Shown: positions 27,441 to 39,007, counted from the first letter of the stretch. The stretch: 64,000 nt of DNA from a virus (IMGVR_UViG_3300027747_002377:1-64000), one strand, 5' to 3'. Notes: generated by a model from the letters alone, not told the origin. Program-made: numbers and translations.

Positions 27441-27773
27441 ATGACTAATCAACACCCGATCACCCCACCGCCTGAACTTGTTGAGCAGTGGGTCCGTATG
27501 CTTGAGTACCTCCCAGACAAACAAGTTTTTAGTGAAGTTGCCCAATGGGGCGCCGACCAGGAGCTGGAGGCGTGTTGTGAGTGGCTTGAAGCTAATGGTT
27601 ATCCTGGCACTGCTTTTGAACTCAATGATCTCCGCCGCCCCCAGCCGCCGAGCTTGAAAGAGCAGGCTTTGACTGCGCTACACGCTGTTGCGACAGGAGC
27701 AAATGACACCCGTGAACAATACCAAGACCTTGACACCATCCGCCGCGCACTGGAGGCCCTGCCCAATGACTGA
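27441..27773 (+). CDS. Cyanophage-type hypothetical protein (QWGADQELEACC family)
   Basis: ITPPPELV...QWGADQELEACCEWL...PPSLKEQAL motif. Confidence 0.7.
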   Translation: MTNQHPITPPPELVEQWVRMLEYLPDKQVFSEVAQWGADQELEACCEWLEANGYPGTAFELNDLRRPQPPSLKEQALTALHAVATGANDTREQYQDLDTIRRALEALPND

Positions 27774-28136
27774 ACAATCTACAAAACTGCAAGATCAACA
27801 CCCAATTGAACTGTTGATTCTTGCTTTCTTCTTTGTTGCCGCCGCTATCATCGACCTTTGGCAAGCTCTACACCTGGTTTACTCCAGGGAATTAGCTTTA
27901 CAAAGAAGGGAAGCTAGGACAAATGTACTAGTCCCGGTAGTAGAACAGGTCGCTCCAGTAGAAGAAATTACTGCTGCCCCACCATCCGCTAAAGTAAAGA
28001 CGACCTCAAGGGCCGCCAAAGGCTTTAACACCTCTGTAAAACCTTAAGAGAATCTAAAGATCAACTGGTTTGATTTGGGGTTAAGCCTGCTGCGTTTAAC
28101 CCCATTCTTTTTGTCCTTTTGCGTTTAACTCTCACC

Positions 28137-29840
28137 ATGCAATTCTCCCTCCCTTCCAACCTCAAAGAACAACTTATTGCTTACGATCCAAAGTTAAAAG
28201 CTTTGGCTAAGGCTACCGCTACTACTACAAGCAAACCCAAGAAACAACGCACTCATCTTGGCTTGCCTGATGATATTATCCCTGCACACATTGTCACACC
28301 TAATGATTTACTTGCAGCAGTAACTGCTATTAACCAAGAAGAAGTTCCATATCGCTATCATACCTTTAGTCGTGTTACATATGATAAAGATATGGTAGCC
28401 ACAACAAAACTTAAAGCTGTTGTGTACCACTACGAATCCTTGTGGATTGCAGCATGGTTACCTAATTCAGGTGAAGATTATATCTATGGGTTTACTTATG
28501 CATTCAAGAATACAGAAACTGTACGTAAACAGGTATACATTAGGAGCATAGATATAAAAGATACTACTATTAAAAAGTATGGACGCATAGAGTTCAATGT
28601 CTATACAAAGTTTGTAACAGCAGAAGATGTATCTAATGGATGTCAATCACACTATTGGGAGCATGGTAACTTCAAAGGATACAATGCAAAAGGCAAAGAG
28701 ATAAGGCCACATGTAATACAACCATTTCGAGAAGCTATTGTAAATTCAATACCTAACTACACCGATGGTAATGTATGGGACAGAATAGATACAGCTAAAA
28801 ATAATTACTATGAACTATTGGAATTACGTTATGCAACAATACCAAAGAATCAAAACATTGTGCCTAGCTTTGAATTGTATATGGAAATACTAGGGGCACG
28901 GTATACCGAAGATTCAAGTAAATCATTTGCTGTTATGCAGGAAAAACTTAGCAAGCCATGGTTTAAACGTTACATCAATGAGCAGTGTCAATTAATTATT
29001 AATACGTTCAACGATCCAGCTACTAAAACTAAGAAAGAAATTAGCTCGATACATAAAAGACTTATGCATACTCTAGGTTGGATTCTAGATATTCTTGATA
29101 TATATCCTGATTGTCCTATGGATTATTTGCAGACTGGTATACAAACTAATATGTTTTTATCTGTCGGCCGTATCTATGCAATGCATTATTACGGAAATGA
29201 TTCGTCGTTAAAGGAATGGCTAACAGCTAATCTGCCAATAGCATCATTGTTTAATATGCTAAACAAGTTTATAGAAGATGAAAAGCCAAGTAATACGTAT
29301 AAAGACAGACAATTAGACTGTTATATGATTACATTCTATTCATTTAGAGATACAATGGACATGATTGTTAATGTATTAACTGCAGGCAAAGAACTTACTC
29401 CACCTAGGCGTTGGCGTTATACTGAGTTTCATGATCACGTGCAAGCAGAAGCCTGGAAGATAAATAACCTAAACCAAAAACTACCACAGGATTTATTTCC
29501 TGCTCCTGTCAAAGTAAAACTTGATGATGAGACTTGGACATTTATTCAACCCATAGATACCCATCAGCTTGCGCAATGGGGACAAGCAGTACGTAACTGT
29601 GTGGGTGCATCATCAGCATATGCTAATGCTGTGAAAGCTAAGAAACAATTCATTGTTTTATGTATGATTGACAACAAGCCTGTATTCACAATACAACTTA
29701 AGGTATCTAACGGGACCATGCATGTAGAGCAGATTGCAGGACCAAGTAACAAATCATTAACATCTATAGAACGTGAGAAATATCAAGGTATATTCCAAGA
29801 AGCTTTACGGATCCGTGAGTCTGAATTGTGTTCTGCATAA
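28137..29840 (+). CDS. PcfJ-like domain protein
   Basis: C-terminal HD...QLAQWGQAVRNCVG...FTIQL...QIAGPSN. Confidence 0.7.
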   Translation: MQFSLPSNLKEQLIAYDPKLKALAKATATTTSKPKKQRTHLGLPDDIIPAHIVTPNDLLAAVTAINQEEVPYRYHTFSRVTYDKDMVATTKLKAVVYHYESLWIAAWLPNSGEDYIYGFTYAFKNTETVRKQVYIRSIDIKDTTIKKYGRIEFNVYTKFVTAEDVSNGCQSHYWEHGNFKGYNAKGKEIRPHVIQPFREAIVNSIPNYTDGNVWDRIDTAKNNYYELLELRYATIPKNQNIVPSFELYMEILGARYTEDSSKSFAVMQEKLSKPWFKRYINEQCQLIINTFNDPATKTKKEISSIHKRLMHTLGWILDILDIYPDCPMDYLQTGIQTNMFLSVGRIYAMHYYGNDSSLKEWLTANLPIASLFNMLNKFIEDEKPSNTYKDRQLDCYMITFYSFRDTMDMIVNVLTAGKELTPPRRWRYTEFHDHVQAEAWKINNLNQKLPQDLFPAPVKVKLDDETWTFIQPIDTHQLAQWGQAVRNCVGASSAYANAVKAKKQFIVLCMIDNKPVFTIQLKVSNGTMHVEQIAGPSNKSLTSIEREKYQGIFQEALRIRESELCSA

Positions 29841-29922
29841 CTACGTTTTAAACAACTAACGTAAAGCCGGTCCTAGGTCAAGACCTTAAACTGACCTTTC
29901 CTTTGTACCTTCTACACACACC

Positions 29923-30120
29923 ATGAACCCAATAGAAATTCACAACACAACAGAAGCCATGATCCGCTTTGGTGGTGGCTTCGTCAAAACATTTGCTACT
30001 ACCGTCAGAGTAGCTGACACCAACAACAGAACCCGTCTCTTCCAGGCTTTCCCAGAACTCCTGGAGAAGTACGGTCCCAAAAGCAACTTCTACTCCTCCG
30101 TCACCTCCACAGAACAATGA
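29923..30120 (+). CDS. Small phage protein (GGGFV..A...AD..N family)
   Basis: Motif. Confidence 0.6.
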   Translation: MNPIEIHNTTEAMIRFGGGFVKTFATTVRVADTNNRTRLFQAFPELLEKYGPKSNFYSSVTSTEQ

Positions 30121-30440
30121 GGCAAACTGAAATTCACTTCGAAGAATCCAAGTGGAAGTTGCGTGACGGCAGCACCCACGTCTACAAAATGCCTTCAAGC
30201 AGAAGGCTTGAACTAATCATCAAAGCTTTAAAAGATATTGTCGCCACAGAGAACAAAGTTGACTACATGTACAGAGAGCTACCTTTCTGGGCTGACGAAA
30301 AAATTGAAGAGGCTATTGAAACCCTAGAGTTCATCACTGAGTACGACCCCACAGACGAAATCTGTGATGGGGAACCACCAATCACTGCAGCTGAAATGGC
30401 ATCTGCTTCCTGGAAACAACACCTCGAATTTCATTCCTGA
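30117..30440 (+). CDS. Hypothetical protein
   Basis: ORF, ATGA overlap. Confidence 0.6.
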   Translation: MRQTEIHFEESKWKLRDGSTHVYKMPSSRRLELIIKALKDIVATENKVDYMYRELPFWADEKIEEAIETLEFITEYDPTDEICDGEPPITAAEMASASWKQHLEFHS

Positions 30441-31925
30441 TCCACTTATGACAACTGTGGACGAGCAAAGAAAGCTGCAGTACACTGCTCATGACCTGAG
30501 CATCCACGCTCAATCACCCTCATCCTCTGCACCTACCATGGAAAAACGAATCCTCTCACTCACTCCAAAAGAAGCTGAAGTTGTTATCAAATATTTAGTG
30601 ATTGCCATTGATGAAATGTTGGGCGATCTAAACATGGGAGAAACTTCAAACACTTCTTCCCTTCTCATCAATGATGAAGTTGACCTACTAAACGAAATAG
30701 TAAATCAAATCAAAGGTAATTGAGAACCATTTGCAATAAGCTAATGCAATCCGACAGCAAGCAAAGGTTTCTTACAATTGCCGTCTGCCTAGATGGTGAA
30801 TGGAAAGAAACCGTTTACCGTACAGATGACCCCAGCTGGAGGGAAGCCTTTCAAATCTTAAAAGAATCTAAGAACAAACTTAAACTTGTTTACCACTGAA
30901 TCAACTCAAATGAACCTTCCCATTCCACCAATCAATCCATTTCCTCCAGTCAATCCTATAAACAACTTCACAAACCTAGACATCAACACACCCCAGGGAC
31001 ACTGGGGTGGACATGTACTCAAGGTCGGCATCATGACCTTAACCCACTTAATTGGACCACAAAACAAGCAAATCAATGTCCGCTCCATGGACATCGGAAT
31101 TACAAAGCAGATAGATCTTTATTGAATGAAAAACACGCCACAGTTCTTTCTGTACCGGAACAACTCCAAGGAATTTATTCAAAACATCATGAACAACATC
31201 GAATTTCCTTCCAATAACGACGCCAAGGATCTAAGCCAGCGGGACAGCTACAGCCTCCAGCAGCTGCAAGCCATGCAAGTAGTGGCACGCATGAAAGAAG
31301 CTGCAGACAAGGTAGGTGCTGGATTTGTTGGAGGTTTTGTCACACCAACTGGAGAACGCTTCCTTATGTCCAACATGGATAGCGACAGCAGCCAGCTCAA
31401 AGCAATCAATGCCAAACTAAACGAACTGCAGAACAGGGATTAAAGCTGATACAATTTTAGTAATTGCTATCGCTTCATGGATTACCTCAGTAAGATCAAC
31501 ACGATCATCAGTACCATTGAGGAACTACAAGAGAACCCTGAGTTCTTGAGTAAACTCACAAGTGAATCGGAGATCTCCCTTGATGAGGCCCTGGAGCTGT
31601 TCTGTTCAATCGAAGACATGGTAACTCCAACACCAGAAAAAGAAATAGATGATCCAATCAGGTGGCGTTTTGAACAAGACAAAGAAAACGAAATTGATTC
31701 TGCAAATTAAAGCACCTTTAATCGGAAATTAACCGATCATCCTTTTTACACGAGACAAAGTAATGCTTACTGGACTTGCTTCTTTATGCGGATTTGTTGG
31801 GACCACCTACTTGTGTGGTCCCATTGGGATAAATCCATTTATCTACAATCCTGCTTATTTCCAACAACAAATTTATCAACCAACTTTTCCCTGTTACAAC
31901 TATGTAAAGAAACCATTAAATCTAA

Positions 31926-32669
31926 CTACGGAAGAGCGTTAACGCTCATACTGTTAACATAATCTTGCAGTAGATCATTGGCTTTTTGTTTTGCATATTC
32001 TTCTTTTGCTGCTTCATTTTGGCTTTGCGTAACAGCATTGTTGTAAGCAGGCATAAGCTGCTCATTGTATACGCGTTGTTGAATTAAACTTTGAGGAGTC
32101 TGAGAACGTGTTGTATTTGTATCTACGCCTAAATTAAAACCGTACTCTTGAGTCCCAGGTTTGCCTATTCCTAATTGAGAATCAACTTGGTGTCGTCTAA
32201 ATTTTTCAAGAGCATCCGGATTGTTTTGAAAAAATTCACGCATAGCTGGATCACTCACCGATGCTAACGCTTCTTCTGAACTTACTTTTGGAGTATGAGA
32301 CTTACCAAAACTAAGCATTACGCCGTAATCATTACTTCCTGGTACACCGCCAGGGTGATAAAAACCTTCTAACGCAGCACGGTAGCCGCTCTGATGGTCA
32401 CCAACTGGAATTTTTATGCTCCCACTAACTGCATTAGAACCTGGTGTGTAATTTGCTTGTATGTCAGTACCGTACTGATTAACGTACCCTCCTTTTATTT
32501 TTAAATTTTGATCAGTTCTATATGCAGGCATCGGCCTTAAAGGCCTATCAATTGGCTGTGCACCAGGGTAACCTATTTGCGTGCTCGGCCCAGCCCCAAA
32601 GGGGCTTACTCCTCCCATCTGGGCACCTGCTTGGGACGTAATGGGAGTAAAGAAAGATGAATCTGGCAT
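31926..32669 (-). CDS. Pro/Gly/Gln-rich virion-like protein, antisense within the early region
   Basis: 247-aa ORF with its own TAGAAT -10-like box upstream. Confidence 0.6.
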   Translation of the reverse strand: MPDSSFFTPITSQAGAQMGGVSPFGAGPSTQIGYPGAQPIDRPLRPMPAYRTDQNLKIKGGYVNQYGTDIQANYTPGSNAVSGSIKIPVGDHQSGYRAALEGFYHPGGVPGSNDYGVMLSFGKSHTPKVSSEEALASVSDPAMREFFQNNPDALEKFRRHQVDSQLGIGKPGTQEYGFNLGVDTNTTRSQTPQSLIQQRVYNEQLMPAYNNAVTQSQNEAAKEEYAKQKANDLLQDYVNSMSVNALP

Positions 32670-34598
32670 TTTAAATATTTTTACTTATTCTATCAAACTC
32701 CAACTTCAACTGGTTTACTTCTGATGTACAGAACCAAAGCTCAGCACTTCTACAAGTCTCAAGATCCTGACTACATCCACAGCAATCATGAAGGAGTGCG
32801 CAAGTTCTGGAAGATCTATCGAAAGATCAAGATGGTCATCAAAACACTGTATGATATCAGTTCAGTTCTTGTTATCATTATGAGCTTTGATAAGGTCTAT
32901 AAGTATAAAAGTTGGAAGGTAATTAAAACCTGGCAAGTTGCTCAACTCATAGAAAGATTCCCGCGAATGCTCAATAATTTTAAACATAACTTCATGCCTG
33001 CCTTCCATTGAATCTTTTAATGTAACACAAGCTACAATTTAACCTGCTCTTAACACCATAGCAGATGCAGGCAGGTATCCTGGATGAGCTAACTTCTCAG
33101 TGGTACCAATGGTTTCTACTCGCGCAACCTCGTGCAAAAGCATAGATTCATGCCTCGCATAATGAGATACCGGAGAGTAAATAAATCATGGAATCCACCA
33201 GCGAACCAGACCCTGCCAGCAAATCAAATCCATTCACTTCTCACCTTGTCTGGGCCATCATGACAAAGACAGCCACAGGCAAGAGTGAGGTTATCAGAAT
33301 CGTCCGCAACCACGAGGAAGCCGACCAAGCCGTTCAAGATAACCCATCCATGTTCTACAAGTCAGGCCCCATTCTGCTAGCCTAATTCAGCATCAAAGTT
33401 CCCTATTTCATGAAGATGCCAGTTCTTGGTTACACCGTGTTGATGCACCACCAGGGAGTGGGGACATTTGCTCCTCACTTCCCTTCCATAGATGAAGCGG
33501 AGGAGTTCAGCAACGCCATGAGGATCCTCACTGATGGCACTGCAATAAGTGAACCCATCCCAGTCGTAGCCAGTAAGAATTACATCGTCAACTTCGACGA
33601 AGCATCAGCAGTAACTTAAGAACCTAACTAAACATGATTACCAGGGTTGTGCTATCGTTTAGGTAGCACAACTTTTTTATACATGGCAATAGTAGTCAGT
33701 GTTTCAGTCCCCGACGCCCTACACCAACGGTGGAAAGAATCAGAGCTAGATCTGAGTCCCTCCTCCCTATTTCAAACAGCGTTAGAAACTGAACTCAACA
33801 AAACAAATCAACACCTTGTCTACTGGAGCAACCGTGCTCTACAAGCAGAGAAAAAGCTTAAGACAATCTTAAATCTAATCAATGCATCAGACAAGGAAGT
33901 TAAGAAGTTCTTAATCTTTGATGATATGAAGTGACCTTCACAAAGCAATCTCTTGACCTGGCTTGAATAAAGTATAAAATTGTACTGCACCAACAACACC
34001 AACCATGATTAAAGAAATTGACCTTGACTTCGACACAGTAGACCTTGAGTTCGATCCTCCCCACAAGGAGGAAAGCACGGAACCACCAGCTGAAGTGATC
34101 ATAACGCCAGAAGTAAAACATTCACACTTACTTACATTCAATGAAGAACAATTAGATGCAATGAATGATACGCTCCCTTTATTTAAAGAACTGGGAGTAA
34201 TTTCTGAAGATGTAGATCTTGATCAATTTATAGATGAATGCTTTGTTCGTGGCCTCAATGAACTCTTTTTTGAAAGTATGTCCAAACTAAACGCATCTAG
34301 TGAATCTTAAGACAATATAAAAATTAATAAAAAGTGAAGATTTTATTCGCACTTCCTTCCCTTATGTCACGCCCACCGCCAGGTAGAATATATAGTATAT
34401 AAGTAACTATATAAAGTATATATAAACCATAGACAAAGTATAAATAAAAGGGGCCGGGCACTGTACCGGCATTTTTATTGGCAAAAAAAGAGCCAGTCCC
34501 CCTCGGAACCAGCTCCTGAATCCTTTGCACACTTGTCATCCTACTCCAAAACCTCTATAGTGTGCAAGTCCATCGGACCTAACCTTTGCAACCCTCCT

Positions 34599-35045
34599 AT
34601 GAACTCCTTCTCTTTTCAGAACATTCAGTCTCTTGAGATCACTGCAGCCGATCAGCCGTCCCTGAACGTAGCAGACGATCAGTTGGTCCTCACAGCTACC
34701 CGTAACGGTAGCCGCATCATGATCACCGCTCCTCTTAGCCACATCATCCCTACTCCAGTACAGACAACTGTCAAGTCAAACTTAAAGGCTTCACGGAAGG
34801 TTAGCTCATTAAAAGGTAAAATCCTTGATCCTTCTGATGAGCGCGTAGGAGAAAAGAATGGTAATGCAAAACTTAATGTTGGCCAGGTAAAAGTAATCAA
34901 AACAAAGCTTAAATGTGACAAATTTATGGGTGATTACAAATCAAGGACCGCAGCACACAGGGTACTTGCCGGTTGGTACGAAGTAGATACGAGCTGCATT
35001 TATCAGATCGATAACAACCTTACCTGGAAGCACGTAACGATCTGA
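34599..35045 (+). CDS. Protein with C-terminal HTH of the type found on HNH endonucleases
   Basis: GEKNGNAKLN...LAGWYEV...I..NLTWKHV. Confidence 0.5.
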   Translation: MNSFSFQNIQSLEITAADQPSLNVADDQLVLTATRNGSRIMITAPLSHIIPTPVQTTVKSNLKASRKVSSLKGKILDPSDERVGEKNGNAKLNVGQVKVIKTKLKCDKFMGDYKSRTAAHRVLAGWYEVDTSCIYQIDNNLTWKHVTI

Positions 35046-35653
35046 TGGTTAAATTTTTTAACGTCACGGTTGCTTTTGGTGATGGATGCCCCATCCGCAC
35101 CGTAGTAATGGCTCAAACTGCTTTTGAAGCACACGAGAAAGCACTCAAGCGTTACCCTGGATCCATCAGAGCCTTGGTTAAAGGGGTAACAACAGAACCA
35201 GATCCTACGAACTCACTTTGTTTTGCACCATGATCAACACAACCGTTCACGAAGGTTTGACTGTTCATTACGATGATGGAAATGAAAATAAAGAAGTATC
35301 TTTAACATTTGAATGGGACGAAGAAACCCATCCACAATACAATTATCTTAATGAAATGACATCGGAACAGTTGATTGCCATGCTTGTAAAACGCGTAGAA
35401 ACTGTATTAGATGAAACCAATAATGATTAAAAGTACGTTAACTTTCTGAGGTAAATTATGACAGGAATGACCCCAAGGTTTAAACCTATCTTTAGGACTG
35501 TTTAGAACGAGGTATCAGTCGTGGGTACGCACGTGCCCACAAACACGTAGAAAAACCTTCAGATTCAGACATTTTTGAGAACATTCACGACACTGTAATG
35601 AGTGAACTGTATGAGTACTTTGATTTTTTAGATTCTGACGATTAAGTTTTCAA

Positions 35654-36007
35654 ATGAACTGTTCTAAGTGCAAATCTCGCGCCACAGTTAGGGACACAAA
35701 ATGCAATCTAGAGGGAGCTAAAACACGGAGGTACCACTGCAACACTTGCAGCAACCGATTCACCACAGCAGAAGTACCAATCGACTGGTTGGATGAACTA
35801 AGGGAGCTTCGGTACATACGTACTCAAATGCAGAAACTTTTAGGAAGTTCAACAGTTTCTGCAACAGTTGAAGAACCTGTCAATAAAAAAATAAAAACTT
35901 GCCAAGAATGTAGCCACTGGTGGAAAGGTGTATGTAACCTTGAAATACCAGAGGCTGGTGATTATTTTGCTACCGAGTGCTCTGCTTACGAGGATCCTAA
36001 TGACTAA
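35654..36007 (+). CDS. NrdR-like Zn-ribbon protein
   Basis: CSKC...VRDT...RRYHCNTCSNRFTTAE. Confidence 0.6.
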   Translation: MNCSKCKSRATVRDTKCNLEGAKTRRYHCNTCSNRFTTAEVPIDWLDELRELRYIRTQMQKLLGSSTVSATVEEPVNKKIKTCQECSHWWKGVCNLEIPEAGDYFATECSAYEDPND

Positions 36008-36237
36008 ACCAGTTACAACTATCTTGACTATTGCTGTGCACTCACCTAATAGCAATCCTGTTTATGGTGCTGGTTCTTTACATGTGTCACTAGATGATGA
36101 AGCAGGTGGTGCTTATATCACCATCAAAGAACTAAGTGACGGTTCAGAACACGGTGTAGTGCGTATAGATCCTGACGAGGTTCCAATAGTATTTGAAACT
36201 GCTATGAAACTACTTGCTCAAGAAACATTGAACAAAA

Positions 36238-36738
36238 ATGACACTGACAATTAATTGTCCCCACTGTGATCACAACCACTGCACTACACTAAGAACAGGA
36301 CTTCACGCTAGTGGAGTACTTATGCGTTCACGTAAGTGCTCCCACTGTAAGCAACACTTTCCTACTTATCAGTTACCAGGAGAATCCCATCAAACAGTAG
36401 GTTATTTGCCTGATCAGTATAAAGTCTCACGAAAAAATTCTCCCCTTACATATGAAGTTGCTAATATAATTCGAACTCGTGTTGCCAATGGTGAGAACCA
36501 AATAGAACTAGCTAATGAGTTAGGCCTACATCGTTCAACTGTTGGTAAAATAGTACGTAATGTTGTATGGACTGAAGAAAAAGTTAAACGAAAAGAAGAG
36601 GCAAAAACATATAAATTATCCCGTTGCCATGTATCAGAATGCGTTCATTGGGAACGTAAATGCACCATGGGTTTTACTGAGCTTGATGGCTACGACTGTG
36701 CATGTTATGCAAAAAAAAGAAGAGCAATGAATATTTAG
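36238..36738 (+). CDS. Zn-ribbon plus HTH protein
   Basis: CPHC, RSRKCSHC, ELANELGLHRSTVGKIV. Confidence 0.6.
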   Translation: MTLTINCPHCDHNHCTTLRTGLHASGVLMRSRKCSHCKQHFPTYQLPGESHQTVGYLPDQYKVSRKNSPLTYEVANIIRTRVANGENQIELANELGLHRSTVGKIVRNVVWTEEKVKRKEEAKTYKLSRCHVSECVHWERKCTMGFTELDGYDCACYAKKRRAMNI

Positions 36739-36783
36739 CCTTTATTTAGCTATCGTATTGTTTAACCCCACAGCAATTTTGAA

Positions 36784-37425
36784 ATGAGTTCCGTTCACTT
36801 GGTTTGGTCTACCCCAGGGGCAGAGCAGCTGATCGTGCAGATGGCACGGGTAAGCTCACCTGAAAACGCAGACAACATGGAAACAGCCCCAAGGCTATTG
36901 AAGTACCTAATCAATCACAAGCACTGGTCACCATTTGAGATGGCTAATATGTGTGTCATGATTAATACTGAACGAGATATTGCCGCTCAAATTATTAGGC
37001 ATAAATCAATTTCATTTCAAGAGTACTCTACACGTTATTCAGAAGCACAAGAAATTAGTTTGCCTACGTTTCGACGCCAGGATCATAAGAATAGGCAGAA
37101 CAGCTTTAATGATTTAGAGCCAGAACTTGTCAGTAGTTTTGTTCGTAGGTCTTCTTATTTGCTTAAGGATCTGCGTGATCTTTACAACGAAATGATTGAA
37201 GCAGACGTTGCAAAAGAAACTGCTAGAAGGATCTTGCCTTTGTGTACAAAAACAACAATGTATGCAAATGCAAGCCTAAGGTCTTGGATTCACTACCTAC
37301 AGGTCAGGACAGACCTAAGCACCCAGCAAGAACATCGAGGTATTGCAGACATGATCAAGTTGATCTTTGAAGGGCAGTTCCCAATCATTGCAGAAGCTGC
37401 CTTTGGCCCTACTTCTGCTGTATGA
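36784..37425 (+). CDS. thyX: FAD-dependent thymidylate synthase
   Basis: HWSPFE, QIIRHKSISFQEYSTRY (ThyX motif), ETARRILP, TQQEHR. Confidence 0.95.
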   Translation: MSSVHLVWSTPGAEQLIVQMARVSSPENADNMETAPRLLKYLINHKHWSPFEMANMCVMINTERDIAAQIIRHKSISFQEYSTRYSEAQEISLPTFRRQDHKNRQNSFNDLEPELVSSFVRRSSYLLKDLRDLYNEMIEADVAKETARRILPLCTKTTMYANASLRSWIHYLQVRTDLSTQQEHRGIADMIKLIFEGQFPIIAEAAFGPTSAV

Positions 37426-37428
37426 TTC

Positions 37429-37671
37429 TATGGGTTTCAGCTGACCCTTCCTGGCCAGGAACACCCCGAACTCTTGCTGCAGCCGCAAGAGTTTATTAAC
37501 TTCTTTGGGACTGGAAGACCCAAAGTCGTAGCAGGCACAGGGCGCCCGCCGCACGGGCTGAGGAGCTATTGCGCTCTAACCCTGTATCTGTAACTTTCAA
37601 AAGCTTTGTAGGGAGGGACCGCACCTTGATCAGAGGCACGGCCCGTCTGTTACCAGCCAGGGGAAACCGTA
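37429..37671 (+). ncRNA. Candidate multi-branched structured RNA (strand uncertain)
   Basis: GC-rich non-coding island with five or more hairpins and a closing long-range helix. Confidence 0.45.
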
Positions 37672-38485
37672 AAAATCCTGACTCCCTTTTTTATGATAGG
37701 GCTGACACGGTTCTGCTTCGCCCCAGCTGCTATAATACATGAACAACACACACGCTGGGGCGTTTCCGTGTAGGATCTTGGCCCCTTTTATTATGGCCAA
37801 CCACCATGTCAACACTCTGCAAACCTCGAAAAATTAATTCTGTTAGCTGTGATTCTGGTAGTATCTACATTGTGGACCCGTGTCATCTTGAAACTTCTTC
37901 AGGTGTCACCGGTCGCAATCCTCTTTATTTCGGTGCTAGTTTCAATACCGAAATAGGAGACGGTGAATTCAACATTTATGAACAACGCGACAACAAGGGT
38001 CACCTTCGTCGCATAGTAATCGAAATTGATTAAATGAATTCCAAGTTGTACAGTTTGATTATTTTTTGCATTTGGTTCGTCTGTAGTTTAATATTTATTT
38101 TTAATCCTGCATTGAGCGGTATTTACTTGGCAATCATCAATATTGCCTTTATGATAGCTGCGATCCTTTCCTTCTCAGATCAGTCATGAACTACTTAGAT
38201 CCAAGGGAACAGCCGAACCAATGGCTTGGTGAGGTGCTTAAGAACCTTTTGAAAACTGCTATTGAAGTCAAGAACGCAGAATCCATTGAGCTTCTTGAGT
38301 TTGCCCACAAGCAACTTGCTCTATGGATTGACCCAGGGATCTTGAGTTCGGTCTTTAGCGATTGGATTGAAGAGTATGTTGATGAGATGGAAGCACAACA
38401 AAAACCAGTAAGTACGGAGGAGCTGACCGAGACTTGCACTTAAGTGTAAGGGTGGTAAGGTGGCGGCAGATACGCTGGTTCATCG

Positions 38486-38770
38486 ATGGAAGAGCTAATT
38501 GCCATGATTCAAGGCGACCCTGTCTTATGGGAAGTCATTGAACAACTAAAACACCAAGACGAAGACCTGGACGACTTCATCCTTAACATAGCTCAAATGC
38601 TTAGTGTTGAGTTTGAGGAAATGCACCGCACTGATCTCAGTGATAAGCTGTCCGCTTTGTTTGGTGGTCTGCCGCCACAAGCCTTTAAGATGGCTCCTCT
38701 GTTTCTGCACATTGCCTTGGATCTATTTCTGATGCGTGCAGTGCCTGATCACGCCAGTATCAAGGATTAA
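38486..38770 (+). CDS. Hypothetical protein
   Basis: ORF upstream of the polymerase. Confidence 0.6.
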   Translation: MEELIAMIQGDPVLWEVIEQLKHQDEDLDDFILNIAQMLSVEFEEMHRTDLSDKLSALFGGLPPQAFKMAPLFLHIALDLFLMRAVPDHASIKD

Positions 38771-39007
38771 GGTCATGCAAAGAGGTTTTGTTTTCTGTAA
38801 TAAAGACTTCACTAAAGTTCTTTGCATTGACTCCAAGGTTCATGGTTTTGTAATGATTTCTGTTGACGATACGAAAGCTTTGAATAAAGCTATGTGCCTT
38901 CATGATTTGACAGAAGCTAAGAACATTCAAAGCCGCCTTGATGTCAATGGAATGAATAATGATCTAGAAATTACTAACATTGCCCGCTTGTACAAAAAGT
39001 TCTACTA

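Noticed and set aside
37531-37665. Canonical TPP riboswitch or hammerhead ribozyme
   Set aside because: CUGAGGA is present but the hammerhead GAAA core is missing; the TPP P4/P5 consensus is not properly formed and no thiamine gene follows.
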